A DNA stretch of 63,755 nt, counting the filler, from Chiloscyllium plagiosum (Eukaryota): NCBI RefSeq assembly GCF_004010195.1. It is 7 parts of one record of this genome, joined end to end, with 100 filler letters (N's around TTAATTAATTAA, not from the genome) between each part and the next. Parts side by side here need not be neighbours in the genome. Positions count along the whole stretch, not along the records: positions 60,404 to 63,755 come from NC_057710.1; 6 more parts are not named here. One strand, 5' to 3'. The notes under the pieces were generated by a model that was not told the origin of the DNA, did not search any database, and saw nothing but the letters and a program-made list of their open reading frames with translations. Made by a program: the position numbers and the translations under genes. Positions 62,735 to 63,755 of the stretch are shown here, piece by piece; position 1 is the first letter of the stretch; every line of letters starts with the position of its first letter.

Positions 62735-62950
62735 GAATACATGGAGAGTTTGGAGCAGACCTTATTGTGTTTTTCTGAGGCCAGCATCGAACTAAAAAGG
62801 GAAAGATGTGTGTTCCAGGCAAATGAGGTAAAATAGCTTTGGTACAGGGTCAACAAAGATGGATTACACCCTGTCAAAGGAAAGGTCAAAGCCACAAAAA
62901 GGGATTCTGACTCCAAGGAATATAACAGAGCCAAAGATTTTCCCAGGTCG
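62735..62950 (+). mobile_element. Gypsy RT fragment of a different lineage
   Basis: Degenerate LKRERCVFQANEVK*LWYRVNKDGLHPVKGKVKA. Confidence 0.65.
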
Positions 62951-63210
62951 CAAAATTTACTAATGAGAGATACAGTCTGCAGAAGGAATGTTGGTGCTGA
63001 CTCTCCAGAGATCCCAGGAGTTATTCTTAAAAAACCAAGACCAGTCCATACATGGTCAAAACTGGGGAGAAGATCATAAAACAGAAAGGAAACATAATTA
63101 ACCACCTTCAACGGGAAACCTGCCTGGTAGCGACTGTTTCGACGGAGACTTCATTGAGGATGAGCCACTGTGGTGAATCTTTATTGGACTCCACACAACA
63201 GACCTCCACT

Positions 63211-63755
63211 TAGAGTCATAGAGATGTACAGCATGGAAACAGACCCTTCGATCCAACCCGTTCATGGCAACCAGATATCCCAACCCAATCTAGTCCCACC
63301 TGCCAGCACCCGGCCCATATCCCTCCAAACCATTCCTATTCATGTACCCATCCAAATGCCTCTTAAATGTTGCAATTGTACCAGCCTCCACCATTCCTCT
63401 GGCAGCTCATTCCATACCCACACCACCCTCTGTGTGAAAAAGATGCCACTTAGGTCTCTTTTATATCTTTCCCCTCTCACCCTAAACCTATGCCCTCTAG
63501 TTCTGGACTCCCTGACCCCAGGGAAAAGACTTTGCCTATTTACCCTATCCATGCCCCTCATAATTTTGTAAACCTCTGTGAGGTCACCTCTCAGTCTCCG
63601 AAGCTCCAGGGAAAACAGCCCAGCCTGTTCAGCCTCTCCCTGTAGCTCAAATCCTCCAACCCTGGCAGCATCCTTGTAAATCTTTTCTGAACCCTTTCAA
63701 GTTTCACAACATCTTTCCAATAGGAAGGAGACCAGAATTGCACGCAATATTCCAA
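63211..63755 (-). mobile_element. CR1 (HER1-like) 3' fragment running off the window
   Basis: ORF 63340..63561; tatgactc tail. Confidence 0.92.

Overview
Eukaryotic, repeat-saturated intronic DNA from a cartilaginous fish. The HE1-type V-SINEs and HER1/CR1 LINEs point to a shark, possibly a bamboo shark (inference). The window is a mosaic of contigs joined by six artificial 100-bp spacers (N44-TTAATTAATTAA-N44) plus two plain N gaps. Nearly all listed ORFs are retroelement debris (CR1/L3 LINEs, a second CR1/L2-group LINE, Rex1/Babar, Penelope-like elements, Gypsy LTR elements) or satellite/N artefacts. The ORF track misses three spliced exons of an ADAM-family gene: a prodomain exon (1133-1209, +), a metalloprotease-domain exon (11722-11806, on the opposite strand) and a cysteine-rich-domain exon (44654-44762, +). 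The most notable hidden signal is about 20 copies, in four sequence families, of a minimal hammerhead-ribozyme motif (CUGANGA-N-stem II-GAAA-palindrome-UH) carried by Penelope terminal repeats. Many short inserts start exactly at the ribozyme's 5' edge. Also present: a two-LTR Gypsy element with Gmr1-like architecture, a second Gypsy element whose fragments show that the local order is scrambled, a 25-bp minisatellite and a 176-bp higher-order tandem repeat. Repeat boundaries are approximate (read by eye); exon and ribozyme coordinates were counted base by base.
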